Positions 45,805 to 54,956 of a DNA stretch of 64,000 bases are shown in pieces. Every line of letters starts with the position of its first letter. Positions within the stretch are counted from its first letter, which is position 1. The stretch is taken from contig JADGOO010000060.1 of NCBI GenBank assembly GCA_017882905.1, forward strand, positions 7,316-71,315, read 5' to 3'. Under the pieces are notes generated by a model that had not been told where the DNA came from, did not search any database, and worked only from the letters and a program-made list of their open reading frames with translations. The DNA is from Acidimicrobiia bacterium. GTDB lineage: Bacteria; Actinomycetota; Acidimicrobiia; IMCC26256; PALSA-610. The position numbers were made by a program, and so were the translations under genes.

Positions 45805-46742
45805 GCGACCCCAGCAGGTCGGGCGGTACCGGCGCGAACACCGCGAGTAGCGCGCGCGGCGCCGATTCGTACTACGCACAGCCCATCATCAAGGCGCCGC
45901 ACTGGAAGGCGTACATCCCCGGGTACTTCTTCTTCGGCGGTCTCGCGGGCGGGGCGACCACACTCGCGGGCAGCGCGCGCCGCAGCGGCCACGACGCGCT
46001 GGCCCATCGTCTGCAGCTCGTCGCCACCGGCGCGCTCGCGGTGTCGCCGATCCTGTTGATCAAGGACCTCGGTCGACCGCGCCGCTTCGTGAACATGCTC
46101 CGCGTCGCCAAGCCCACGTCGCCGATGAGCATGGGCACGTGGATCCTGTCGGCCGCGTCTGCGTCGACCGGCTCCGCCGCCGCGCTCTCGGCAACGAGCC
46201 GGTTGCCGCGCGTGCGGTCCGTGCTCGAAGCAGCGTCGGCCGCGCTCGGCCCTCCCCTTGCCACCTACACCGGCGCGCTCGTCGCACAGTCGGTGGTGCC
46301 GGCGTGGCACGACGCGCGCCGCGAGCTGCCGTTGCTGTTCGCGGCAAGCTCGGCCGCCTCGGCGTCGGGCGTGGGCGTGATCGTGTGCGCACCGAGCGAG
46401 GCCGGGCCGGCGCGCCGGTTGGGCATCGCCGCGGGCATCGCGGAAGTTGCTGTGGCTGCAGTGATGAACCGGCGACTCGGTCCGCTCGTAGGTCAGCCGT
46501 ACCGCGAGGGCCGGGCGGGGTCGTACGCGCGCGCGGCGCGTGTGAGCGCGCTGGCCGGTTCGGCCACGCTCGCGATCGGCGGGCGGCGGCGGGTGGTGGC
46601 GGCCGCCGGCGGCGCGCTGCTGCTCGCCGGGTCGTGGTGCGAGCGCTTCGCGGTGTTTCACGCCGGTCGCCAATCGGCGCAGGATCCACGGGCGACCTCG
46701 CTCCCCCAGCGCGAGCGAGCAACATCCCGAGCCCAGACCTGA
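45801..46742 (+). CDS. NrfD/PsrC-type polytopic membrane subunit of the formate dehydrogenase complex
   Basis: The GTG overlaps the beta-subunit stop (GTGA). YYAQPIIKAPHWKAYIPGYFFFGGLAGG is the NrfD N-terminal motif. About 8 hydrophobic segments. Confidence 0.8.
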   Translation: MSDPSRSGGTGANTASSARGADSYYAQPIIKAPHWKAYIPGYFFFGGLAGGATTLAGSARRSGHDALAHRLQLVATGALAVSPILLIKDLGRPRRFVNMLRVAKPTSPMSMGTWILSAASASTGSAAALSATSRLPRVRSVLEAASAALGPPLATYTGALVAQSVVPAWHDARRELPLLFAASSAASASGVGVIVCAPSEAGPARRLGIAAGIAEVAVAAVMNRRLGPLVGQPYREGRAGSYARAARVSALAGSATLAIGGRRRVVAAAGGALLLAGSWCERFAVFHAGRQSAQDPRATSLPQRERATSRAQT

Positions 46743-46751
46743 TCGAGATCT

Positions 46752-47144
46752 TCAGGGTTGGCGGCAGGTGGCGCAGGTCCCGAAGATCTCCACCGTGTGC
46801 GTCACGTCGGTGAAGCCGGCCAGCTCGGCGGTGCGGTCGGCCCACTGCTCCACCGACGGCTCGTGGATCTCGAGCGTCATGCCGCACTGGCGGCACACGA
46901 GGTGATGATGGTGCCCGTCGCTGTGGCACGAGCGGTACGCGATCTGACCGTCGGCCGCGGTGAGCACATCGAGCACACCCTGATCCGCGAGCCGCTGGAG
47001 GTGCCGGTACACGGTGGTCAGACCGATGCGCGCGCCGTCGGCCACGAGGCTCGCGTACACGTCTTGCGCCGTGCGAAAGCCGTCGGCGCCGCGCACGGCT
47101 TCCTCCACGAGCAGGCCTTGGCGCGTCGAGCGGGGCGGCGCCAT
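46752..47144 (-). CDS. zur: Fur family transcriptional regulator, probable zinc uptake regulator
   Basis: FRTAQDVYASL...IGLTTVYRHLQRLADQGVL...HHHHLVCRQCG...FGTCATC (two CxxC pairs). It is the last gene of the Zn-uptake operon, and its ATG shares a base with the znuB stop. Confidence 0.85.
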   Translation of the reverse strand: MAPPRSTRQGLLVEEAVRGADGFRTAQDVYASLVADGARIGLTTVYRHLQRLADQGVLDVLTAADGQIAYRSCHSDGHHHHLVCRQCGMTLEIHEPSVEQWADRTAELAGFTDVTHTVEIFGTCATCRQP

Positions 47145-47998
47145 CAGACCATTGTCGCATCTGGCGCGACGCCCGGCCGCCGACGGTGCCGCAACGTGGG
47201 TGCGACGGCGCGCGCGACCACGTAAATGCCAAAGCTGATCGACGTGACGAACACGCTCGGCTTCACGGTGGTGCTCACGAGGCTCGCGAGCAGGCCGCCT
47301 TCGCACGCGACCATCGCGAACAGCACCGACAGCCCGGTCACCACGAGCGGATTCGGCGACAGGCGTTGCGCGGCCGCCGCGGGCGTGATGGCGAGGCTCA
47401 GCACCAGCAAGGTGCCCACCACCTGCGCGGCTTCGGTGACCGTGAACGCCAACGTGAGCAGGAAGACGATGCCCAGCAGGCGCACGGGCACACCACGCGC
47501 GCTGGCCACATCGGGGTCGACCGACGCGAACAACAACGGCCGGTAGATCACGATCATCACCACGGTCACGGCGATGCCGATCGCAACGAGGCCGAGCAGC
47601 TCGTCGTTGCTCACGCCGAAGATGTCGCCGAACAAGATGTTCGTCGCCGCCGTGGCGAACCCGTGGTAGTAGCTGAGCAGCAACACGCCGAGACCGAGAC
47701 CGAACGCGAGGATCACGCCGATCGCAGAATCTCGCTCGCGCTCGTGCACACCCAGCAGGCCGATCACCGCTGCCACGAGCAGCGCCCCGACCAGCGCGCC
47801 CGCGATCGGGTTGTCGGCCACGACGAGGCCGCCGGCCGCGCCGGTGAACGCGAGCTCACTCGTGCCGTGTACCGCGAACGCCATGCCCCGTGTCACCACG
47901 AACGGGCCGATGAGCCCACACGTGAGTGCCACCAAGGCGCCGGCGATCAGAGCGTGCTGCGCGAACGGCTGCGAGAGGTACAGGTCGACGCCGATCAC
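47144..47998 (-). CDS. znuB: Metal (Zn/Mn) ABC transporter permease
   Basis: FAQHALIAGALVALTCGLIGPFVVTRGMAF is the ABC-3 family N-terminus. About 8 TM segments. GTG at 47998 is preferred over ATG at 48061, which overlaps znuC by 47 nt. Confidence 0.85.
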   Translation of the reverse strand: MIGVDLYLSQPFAQHALIAGALVALTCGLIGPFVVTRGMAFAVHGTSELAFTGAAGGLVVADNPIAGALVGALLVAAVIGLLGVHERERDSAIGVILAFGLGLGVLLLSYYHGFATAATNILFGDIFGVSNDELLGLVAIGIAVTVVMIVIYRPLLFASVDPDVASARGVPVRLLGIVFLLTLAFTVTEAAQVVGTLLVLSLAITPAAAAQRLSPNPLVVTGLSVLFAMVACEGGLLASLVSTTVKPSVFVTSISFGIYVVARAVAPTLRHRRRPGVAPDATMV

Positions 47999-48014
47999 AG
48001 TGCGCTCGCCCGTG

Positions 48015-48863
48015 TCATCGCCGGACCGGCCCGCGGGTCGCGCGCCGCGAGGGCAGGCCAACGTCGAGGTGATGGTGCCCGTGGTCGTGCGCGCCGCCGA
48101 TGTCGTCGGAGCTGATCACGATGATGCGGCCGCGTACGTCGACCACGTCGACGGGCGTGCGGTACAGCGCAGTGAGCTGCTCGGTGGTCATCACGTCGCC
48201 CGGCGGGCCGATCGCCCAACGGCCTTCCACGAGATAGAGCACTCGATCCACGTGTTCGATGATCGGGTTGATGTCGTGGGTGACGAAGACGACTGCCGTA
48301 TCGCGTTCGTGGCTGCGAGCGTCGATGAGGCGGCTCACAGCCTGCTGCTGCGCCAGATCGAGCGACAGCAGCGGCTCGTCGCACAACAGGATCCGCGGGT
48401 CACCCACGAGCGCCTGCGCGATCCGGAGGCGTTGCTGCTCGCCGCCGGAGAGTTCGCCGATCGGCGCATCGGCGTAGCCCGTGGCACCGACGGCCGCGAT
48501 CGCGTCGTCGACGGCCGCGAGGATGGCGCGGTTGGCGAGCGGAACACCTCGCCGGTGGCCATCGAGCCCGAATCGCACGAGATCGCGGCCGCGCAACGGG
48601 AGGTCGGCGTCGAATGCCTTCTGCTGGGGCACGTAGCCGATGCGATGGTCGCCGCGACGCGGCGCGCTCCCGAGCACGGTGGCCTGGCCGCCGGAGAGCG
48701 GTGCGAGACCGAGGAGCACCTTCAACAACGTGGTCTTGCCCGCGCCGTTCGGCCCGAGCACAGCGAGGAACTCGCCCGACGCGACCGCGAGCTCGAGGTG
48801 CTCCCACAGCACCCGCGTGCCGTAGCGCAGGGAGCCGTCGCGCAGCTCGATCACGGCACTCAT
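48015..48863 (-). CDS. znuC: Metal (Zn/Mn) ABC transporter ATP-binding protein
   Basis: Walker A GPNGAGKTT, signature LSGGEQQRLRIAQAL, Walker B ILLCDEPLLSLD. The ATG overlaps the znuA stop (ATGA). Confidence 0.9.
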   Translation of the reverse strand: MSAVIELRDGSLRYGTRVLWEHLELAVASGEFLAVLGPNGAGKTTLLKVLLGLAPLSGGQATVLGSAPRRGDHRIGYVPQQKAFDADLPLRGRDLVRFGLDGHRRGVPLANRAILAAVDDAIAAVGATGYADAPIGELSGGEQQRLRIAQALVGDPRILLCDEPLLSLDLAQQQAVSRLIDARSHERDTAVVFVTHDINPIIEHVDRVLYLVEGRWAIGPPGDVMTTEQLTALYRTPVDVVDVRGRIIVISSDDIGGAHDHGHHHLDVGLPSRRATRGPVRR

Positions 48864-49774
48864 CGCGACAGCGCGGCGTTCAGGGCGTTGGCCTGGTCGA
48901 GCTGCCATTGCTGATAGCTCGGTTCCGAGGTCGGCATCGTCTCGGTCATGCCGACGACGGCAACGCCGGCCTGACGCGCCACGTCGCGCACGTGTTGTGT
49001 GACCTTGCTCGTGGTCTGCAGGTTGTAGATCAGCACCTTGACCCGATGATCGACAAGCAAGGCTTCCATCGCCGCGCGATCGCCCGGGCTCGGTTCGCTG
49101 CCGTCTTCGATGGCCCGCGCGAACCCGGGCGGTGTGGCCACGATCAAGCCCGCGTCGGCGAGGAGGTAACCCGGCACGCGCTCGGTGTACGCGACACGGT
49201 CGTGCGCGTGCTGCATACGGATGTCGCCGACGAGGCCGAGCACGGGCGCGAGCGTCGCGTTGAACCGAGCGAGGTTGCCGCGAAACGTGAGTCGGTCGGC
49301 CGGATCGATCTTGGTGAGCGCGTCGGCGATGCCGGCGGCCACAATCGGCACGCGCGTCACGTCGTACCAGAGGTGTGGGTTGGCGTCACGGCCGTGCACG
49401 CCGAGCACGTCGGCGACCAGGAGCACTCGTCGCGAGCTGTTCGCGGTGCTCGACAGGAGCTTGTTGATGAAGTCGTCGTATCCGAGACCGTTCTCGATCA
49501 CCAAGCGGGCCGAGGCCACGCGCTCGGCGTCTCGTGCCGTCGGCTCATAGAGGTGCGGGTCGGCACTGGCATCGTTGATGAGCGCGCTGACCTGCACGCG
49601 GCTGCCGCCGATCTGTCGGGCGATGTCGCCCCAGAAGCTCTCCCCCGCGACCACGGCGAGCGCGCCGCCCGAGCCTCGGCTCGACCCGCTCGACCCGCAG
49701 CCCGCGAGCACGAGCGCCGTTGCCGCGAGGAGCGCGACCACGAGTCGGGCCGGCAGCGCCGGCGAAGGGGTCAT
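48860..49774 (-). CDS. znuA: Metal (Zn/Mn) ABC transporter substrate-binding lipoprotein (TroA/ZnuA cluster-9 family)
   Basis: Lipobox LVLAGCGS. FWGDIARQIGG...DPHLYEP...NPHLWYD are metal-ligand His motifs. Only the last 305 codons of ORF 48860..51238 are used. Confidence 0.85.
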   Translation of the reverse strand: MTPSPALPARLVVALLAATALVLAGCGSSGSSRGSGGALAVVAGESFWGDIARQIGGSRVQVSALINDASADPHLYEPTARDAERVASARLVIENGLGYDDFINKLLSSTANSSRRVLLVADVLGVHGRDANPHLWYDVTRVPIVAAGIADALTKIDPADRLTFRGNLARFNATLAPVLGLVGDIRMQHAHDRVAYTERVPGYLLADAGLIVATPPGFARAIEDGSEPSPGDRAAMEALLVDHRVKVLIYNLQTTSKVTQHVRDVARQAGVAVVGMTETMPTSEPSYQQWQLDQANALNAALSR

Positions 49775-49780
49775 ACCGAA

Positions 49781-49797
49781 ATGAAAACGGTTTTCAT
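49781..49797. promoter_or_regulatory. Zur box (perfect 8-1-8 palindrome) immediately upstream of znuA
   Basis: ATGAAAAC-G-GTTTTCAT. The core TGAAAAC-G-GTTTTCA fits the actinobacterial Zur consensus (TGAAAATGATTTTCA-like). It lies 7 nt from the znuA ATG, in an AT-rich 50-nt intergenic gap. Confidence 0.75.
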
Positions 49798-49824
49798 TCT
49801 CAAAGTCAAGTCGGCGCGCCGAGC

Positions 49825-50424
49825 TCAGTGGAACCCGGCCCACGCCGCGCCGGCCCCGAGGGCGAACAGCACCACCGCGGTGATGCGCCGCACTAGGCGC
49901 ACGTCGACGAGGCGCAGGAGCCCCCGCCCGCCCACCACGGCGATGGCGCCGACCGACCAGAGCGCCAGCACGGCCCCCGCGCCCACCGAGAGCGCCGAGT
50001 GGTAGTGGGCGGCGAGGTTGGCGGTGAGGATCTGGGTGAGGTCGCCCCATTCGGCGATGAAGATCACCAGAAAGGCGGTCGTGGCCACCCGGTGCCCGGC
50101 CAGCTCCCGCTCGACGAGCTCCTCCTCGTGCTCGGTGCTGGCCCGCCACGCGAGCACGGCACCGCCCACGAACAGTGCGGCCACCACGATGTCGAGCACG
50201 CGGTGCGGGAGGAGCTTGAACAGGCCCACGCCGATCGTCACCGCGATCACCACGTGCACGGCGAAGGCCAGCGCGGCGCCGACCCACACCGACAACGGCC
50301 GCCCGCGCGTGGCGAGCAGCAGGCTCGCCAGCATCGTCTTGTCGGGTAGCTCGCCCAGGAAGATCACCGGGAAGACGGCCGCCACGATCGCCGGATGCAC
50401 CGGGTGATCGTACGGGTGCAGCAA
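49825..50424 (-). CDS. UPF0016 (TMEM165/GDT1) family cation (Mn2+/Ca2+) transporter
   Basis: Two signature E-x-G-D-K/R-T/S motifs: ELPDKT and EWGDLTQ. Six hydrophobic segments. Confidence 0.85.
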   Translation of the reverse strand: MLHPYDHPVHPAIVAAVFPVIFLGELPDKTMLASLLLATRGRPLSVWVGAALAFAVHVVIAVTIGVGLFKLLPHRVLDIVVAALFVGGAVLAWRASTEHEEELVERELAGHRVATTAFLVIFIAEWGDLTQILTANLAAHYHSALSVGAGAVLALWSVGAIAVVGGRGLLRLVDVRLVRRITAVVLFALGAGAAWAGFH

Positions 50425-50454
50425 GCACCGATCGGGCTCCCCACGAGCGGACCG

Positions 50455-51309
50455 CTACATGCGGTCGACGAGCGCGAGGAGTCGCTCGCGCATCTCGGTC
50501 GTCGTGCGACGCGGGCTCCACGATCCGTGTCCGGCGAACACCTGCTCGAACGGGTGCCCGGCGAGACGCCCAAGCGACTTCTGCTGCACCGTCCACGAGT
50601 ACCAGCACGCGTCGGCGAACGCTTCGAGATCGCCCGCGTCGCCATCCCACGCGAGACTGTCTCCGCTGAACAGGTCGCGATCGTCGACGAGGTACACGAC
50701 GCTGCCACGAGTGTGGCCGGGCACAGGGATCATCACGACGCCCGGCCGGATCGGCACCGGGTCCGCACCCTCGATCACGTTCGTCGCGAACGGCGCGGCA
50801 CGAGCATCGTCGACATGGATGTAGATGGCGGCACCGAAGTGCGTGGCGTACTCCTCGGCGTCGGCGACATCGTCGCGGTGACTCAACAGCACTGCCGCGA
50901 TGCCGCCCCGAGCCTCGAACGCACGCATGAGCTTGCGCGTCGCCCTCGGTGAGTCGATCAGCAGGTTGCCGTCCGGCCGCGTCACGAACCACGAGTGCGC
51001 GCCGTACGACGACCGGGAGTTCGAACCGCAGAGGTGCACGCCGGACGCGATCTGGCGCGGGTAGAGACCAACGGGTGCATGACGCCGGCTCGTCGTGCCG
51101 ATCGACTGCGTCGGGCACAGCTCGGCGCCGAGCCACGCCTGTTCCTCTTCCATCGCGTCGGCGGGCTGGCGCGTGAAGATCGTCAATCCGGCCTCGTCGG
51201 CCAGCAACGTGGGCGCCACGTGCCGGCACCCGCCGCAATCGATGCAGCGTGTGTCGACAAACCAGTCGCCCGGCGCACTGCGGCCGTTGCGAGCGTCGAG
51301 GCGAGCCAT
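50455..51309 (-). CDS. MBL-fold metallo-hydrolase with N-terminal single-cluster ferredoxin-like domain
   Basis: WFVDTRCIDCGGCRHVAP...LCPTQSIG (CxxCxxC...CP), then LLSHRDDVADAEE (HxxDx-type variant) and VPGHTRGS. Confidence 0.75.
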   Translation of the reverse strand: MARLDARNGRSAPGDWFVDTRCIDCGGCRHVAPTLLADEAGLTIFTRQPADAMEEEQAWLGAELCPTQSIGTTSRRHAPVGLYPRQIASGVHLCGSNSRSSYGAHSWFVTRPDGNLLIDSPRATRKLMRAFEARGGIAAVLLSHRDDVADAEEYATHFGAAIYIHVDDARAAPFATNVIEGADPVPIRPGVVMIPVPGHTRGSVVYLVDDRDLFSGDSLAWDGDAGDLEAFADACWYSWTVQQKSLGRLAGHPFEQVFAGHGSWSPRRTTTEMRERLLALVDRM

Positions 51310-51363
51310 CGCCGTCTGACGGTACCCTCCGTGGGCCGGCGCGCCCGAGCGACCTGGAGAACT

Positions 51364-52131
51364 GTGGAAGCGATCGTCGCCGACCTGGCCAGCGAGCAAG
51401 ACGAGCTGACCCGCATGCTCACGTCGTGCTCGCCGGGCGACTGGTCACGACCGTCGCGCTGCGCGGGCTGGACCGTTGCCGACGTGGTGCTGCACCTCGC
51501 GCAGACGAACGAGCTCGCGATTGCGAGTGCCGAGAACACGTTCCCGGCGATCGCAGCCGGCTTCGCCGTCTCGCCCGACGCCACGCAGGAGACCGTCGAC
51601 GCGGCAGCCGCCGCACGTGTCGAAGGTGAGCGCGACACCGCCCCCGACCTGCTGCGTGCGCGCTGGGAGACATCAGTCCGCAAGCTCGACCGCGCGTTGC
51701 TCGCGTGCGATCCGCACGCTCGCGTGCAGTGGGTGGCCGGCCGACTGTCGGCACGAACGCTCGCCACCACCCGCCTCGCGGAGACCTGGATCCATCACGG
51801 CGACGTCTCGGCGGCGTTCGGGGTCACCCCCGCCCCCAGTGCCCGACTGCGCCCGATCGCGCGACTCGCGTGGCGCACGCTGCCGTACGCATTCGAGCGA
51901 GCCGGGCGCTCTCTCGCGGGCCCGGTCACGTTCGAGCTCGTCGCGCCCGACGGATCCACATGGCGCTTCGAACCCGACACCGCCGAGGGCCCGGCGTGCA
52001 CGACGATCCGCGGCACCGCGCTCGATCTTTGTCTCGTAGCGGCGCGCCGGGCGGAGCCGGGCGACACATGGCTACGGGGCGAAGGCGCCGATGCCGACGC
52101 GGTGCTCGAGCTCGTGCGCACCTACGCCTGA
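51364..52131 (+). CDS. Maleylpyruvate isomerase family mycothiol-dependent enzyme (TIGR03084-like)
   Basis: WSRPSRCAGWTVADVVLHLAQTNE...WIHHGD...FELVAPDGSTWRF. GTG start at 51364 is inferred. Confidence 0.75.
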   Translation: MEAIVADLASEQDELTRMLTSCSPGDWSRPSRCAGWTVADVVLHLAQTNELAIASAENTFPAIAAGFAVSPDATQETVDAAAAARVEGERDTAPDLLRARWETSVRKLDRALLACDPHARVQWVAGRLSARTLATTRLAETWIHHGDVSAAFGVTPAPSARLRPIARLAWRTLPYAFERAGRSLAGPVTFELVAPDGSTWRFEPDTAEGPACTTIRGTALDLCLVAARRAEPGDTWLRGEGADADAVLELVRTYA

Positions 52132-52700
52132 GCGCTCCCGACTGCGCCGACTACGACGCACGCGTCGCCCACGCGCACCGAACCCGCGGTGACGATGCGG
52201 GCGTTCACACCGCGCAACCGCAGGGCGCGGCCGGCCTCGGTGTTCACGAAGCGAGCCGCGGCGACGCCGAAGCGCTCCGCGAACTTCGAACAGCCATTGT
52301 GCGGCTCCTCCGAGATCTCCACCTCGGCGGCGCCGATGCGCACGCGCGTCCCGGCGGGAAGCGCGGCGTGCGACAGATCGAGATCCACGAACAGCTGGTC
52401 GCCCGCGAGCGGCCAGCTCGCCCGGTCTCCGGCAATGAGGGCCGCCGCCCGCGCGCCCATGATCGTGAGCTGGCGGCCCATCTCGGGTGATCCGTCGGGC
52501 GTGTGGCGGCTCCCGCGGGGCCGCCAGGTGTCGCCGGCCAGTCCGTCGTTCGGATCGAGGTGGCCGAGCTCGAGCACGGCGCGCTCGTCGACCGCGGGTC
52601 GCGCCACGATGAGCTCGACGGTGCCCTGGCTCGTGGGCGCGCGGCGCACGCGGTCGAGACCGGCGACGAGCTCTTCTGTCGAACAATGCGGTGTGTGCAC
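52122..52700 (-). CDS. MOSC domain-containing protein
   Basis: GDQLFVDLDLS...LPAGTRVRIGAAEVEISEEPHNGCSKF...GVNARIVTAGSVRVGD. GTG start at 52700 is inferred. Confidence 0.75.
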   Translation of the reverse strand: MHTPHCSTEELVAGLDRVRRAPTSQGTVELIVARPAVDERAVLELGHLDPNDGLAGDTWRPRGSRHTPDGSPEMGRQLTIMGARAAALIAGDRASWPLAGDQLFVDLDLSHAALPAGTRVRIGAAEVEISEEPHNGCSKFAERFGVAAARFVNTEAGRALRLRGVNARIVTAGSVRVGDACVVVGAVGSAQA

Positions 52701-52782
52701 GCGTCCATGTTCGCGAACCTGGTGCCGCCGCGGCGGGCAATTACGAACGCGGCGCGCGCACCGACGGGCGTACCGTCGTGCC

Positions 52783-53598
52783 ATGACGCCCGCGCCGCCG
52801 GAGACGTACACCCACGGACACCACGAGAGCGTGCTGCGCTCGCATCGGTGGCGCACCGCGGAGAACTCGGCCGCGTACCTGCTCCCCCACCTGCGCGCCG
52901 GCCTCGATCTGCTCGATGTGGGCTGCGGACCAGGCACCATCACGATCGACCTCGCGGCGCGCGTCGCGCCCGGGCACGTGCTGGGCATCGACGCGTCGGA
53001 AGCCGTTGTCGAACAAGCACGCGCCGCGGCCGCGTCGGCCGGCGCGGCCTTGGAGCTGCGGGTCGCCGACGTGTACGCCCTCGACATCGACGACGAGTCG
53101 TTCGACGTCGTGCACGCGCACCAGGTGCTGCAACATCTCAGCGACCCGGTCGCGGCACTGCGCGAGATGCGGCGCGCGTGCAAGGCGGGTGGTGTCGTCG
53201 CGGTGCGCGACGCCGACTACGCCGCGTTCACTTGGTATCCCTCGAATCCACGGCTCGACCGTTGGCTGGAGCTGTACTCCGCGATTCATCGCGCGAACGG
53301 CGGAGAGCCCGACGCGGGCCGGTCGCTGCTCGCCTGGGCGCACCGCGCCGGCTGGCGCGACGACGAGCTCACGCCCGGCGCGTCCACGTGGTGCTACGCG
53401 AACCCGACCGACCGCGCATGGTGGGGTGGCCTGTGGGCCGACCGCATGACCAGCTCCGCCATCGCGCGCCAAGCCGTCCGCGACGGCTACGCGACCGAAG
53501 CTGAATGCGGCGAGATCGCCGCCGCATGGCGCCAGTGGGCCGCCGAGCCCGACGGCTGGTTCGCGGTGCTGCACGGCGAGCTGCTCGCCCGCTGCTGA
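52783..53598 (+). CDS. Class I SAM-dependent methyltransferase
   Basis: LLDVGCGPGTITIDLA (motif I), FDVVHAHQVLQHL, and GGVVAVRD. Confidence 0.88.
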   Translation: MTPAPPETYTHGHHESVLRSHRWRTAENSAAYLLPHLRAGLDLLDVGCGPGTITIDLAARVAPGHVLGIDASEAVVEQARAAAASAGAALELRVADVYALDIDDESFDVVHAHQVLQHLSDPVAALREMRRACKAGGVVAVRDADYAAFTWYPSNPRLDRWLELYSAIHRANGGEPDAGRSLLAWAHRAGWRDDELTPGASTWCYANPTDRAWWGGLWADRMTSSAIARQAVRDGYATEAECGEIAAAWRQWAAEPDGWFAVLHGELLARC

Positions 53599-53630
53599 AG
53601 CGGCACGCGCTCGCTCGATAACGTTTCGCC

Positions 53631-54077
53631 GTGAACAACGGCCCGAACGACTTCGAGCGGGTGATGGGCCCGCGGCCCGACCGCGGCTACCTGCCGATCG
53701 AGACCACCTTCATGGGCTTCCTCGCGGCCCGCTTCCACGATGAAGGGCCGGGCACGCTCTCGTCGACCGTCACGGTCCGTGACGACCTCTTGCAGCCGAT
53801 GGGCATCGTGCACGGCGGCATCTACTGCGCCATCGCCGAATCCGTGGCCAGCATGGCGGCGGCACGGGAGGTGGGCTATGAATCGGGCGAGGCGGTGATG
53901 GGCCAGGCCAACAACACGAGCTTCCTGCGCCCCGTCACGGGAGGATCGATCCGGGCAGTGGGCACCCTGCGCCACCGCGGCCGCACCACCCAGATCTGGC
54001 AGATCGACATGTTCGACGACGCCGACCGCCTCTGTGCCGTCTCCCAGGTGACGATGGCGGTCCGTGCCGCCCGCTGA
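53631..54077 (+). CDS. PaaI-family hotdog-fold thioesterase
   Basis: NPMGIVHGGIYCAIAESVAS...GRTTQIWQIDMFD. Confidence 0.85.
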   Translation: MNNGPNDFERVMGPRPDRGYLPIETTFMGFLAARFHDEGPGTLSSTVTVRDDLLQPMGIVHGGIYCAIAESVASMAAAREVGYESGEAVMGQANNTSFLRPVTGGSIRAVGTLRHRGRTTQIWQIDMFDDADRLCAVSQVTMAVRAAR

Positions 54078-54116
54078 ACCCTGAAAGCCCGGCTCACGCC
54101 GCCGATCAGATGAGCG

Positions 54117-54956
54117 GTGGAACGAGACCTCTCCCGTGGCGCGCGCCTCGGCCTGCTGGCCGCCCTCGCGGTCGTGCTCGGCACGATCGCGCTCGCGCCG
54201 CGCCCGGCGTCGGCGACATCGGCATCGGGACCGGCGGGGGGAACAGCCCCGGGGGCACCGTTGGCGCTCGTTCCGGTTCATGGCCCGGCCCCGATCGCGG
54301 CCACCGTCACCGCCGGCTCGCGCCGATGGGGCCAAGCCGTGCTCGTGAACATGTCGCCCGACCTGCGCCTGACCGTGGCGGTCCAGGGCGGCGGCACCGC
54401 CGGCGCCTGGTTCGCGCCGGTTCCGGCCGTCGTCGAGCTCGCACCCGGCCAGCGCCAAGCCGTCGCGTTCGGCATCGCGCCGCCCGACGACCAGCACGGC
54501 CATCTTCCCGGCGCGCTCGTCGCGCGGGTCGTCGGCGCGCGAGCCGTCGCCGGAGGCGATGCGGTCGTGGTGCGCGTCGCGCGTGTCACGCTCGCCGTCG
54601 ACTTGAACGTCGTGCCTCGTGTACCCCTCACGGCCGCCCATCGATCCGCCGTCACCGCAGTCGGCGCCGCCGACCCGGAGGCGATCGCACCGGTCAGCAG
54701 CGCGCCCGGCCGCCATGCCGACCTCCTGATGATGACGCTCGTGGTCGTCGCCCTCGCGGCGGCAGCGGCGGGTTCGATTGTCTGGCCACGAGTACGCGCC
54801 GCACGCGCCCACGGCGGCGTCGTCGCACTCGACATCTCGATGCTCAACGACGCACTGTCACGCCGCACCTCGACTGCAGCGCAGTCGCGCCGCGGCGACG
54901 CACCGACTGGTCAGCAGCGCTCGGTGCCGGCGATCAGCTCGCGGCGGCGATCGTGA
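54117..54956 (+). CDS. Hypothetical exported/membrane-anchored protein
   Basis: N-terminal signal-like LGLLAALAVVLGTIALA. Ala/Val/Gly-rich beta-type middle region. C-terminal TM LLMMTLVVVALAAAAAG. The 3' end overlaps rsfS convergently by 23 nt. Confidence 0.5.
   Translation: MERDLSRGARLGLLAALAVVLGTIALAPRPASATSASGPAGGTAPGAPLALVPVHGPAPIAATVTAGSRRWGQAVLVNMSPDLRLTVAVQGGGTAGAWFAPVPAVVELAPGQRQAVAFGIAPPDDQHGHLPGALVARVVGARAVAGGDAVVVRVARVTLAVDLNVVPRVPLTAAHRSAVTAVGAADPEAIAPVSSAPGRHADLLMMTLVVVALAAAAAGSIVWPRVRAARAHGGVVALDISMLNDALSRRTSTAAQSRRGDAPTGQQRSVPAISSRRRS

Noticed and set aside
48860-51238. 792-aa ORF extension upstream of znuA
   Set aside because: Only the last 305 codons, from the lipoprotein signal at ATG 49774, look like a real protein. 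The upstream part crosses the Zur box and overlaps the UPF0016 and MBL genes in other frames.
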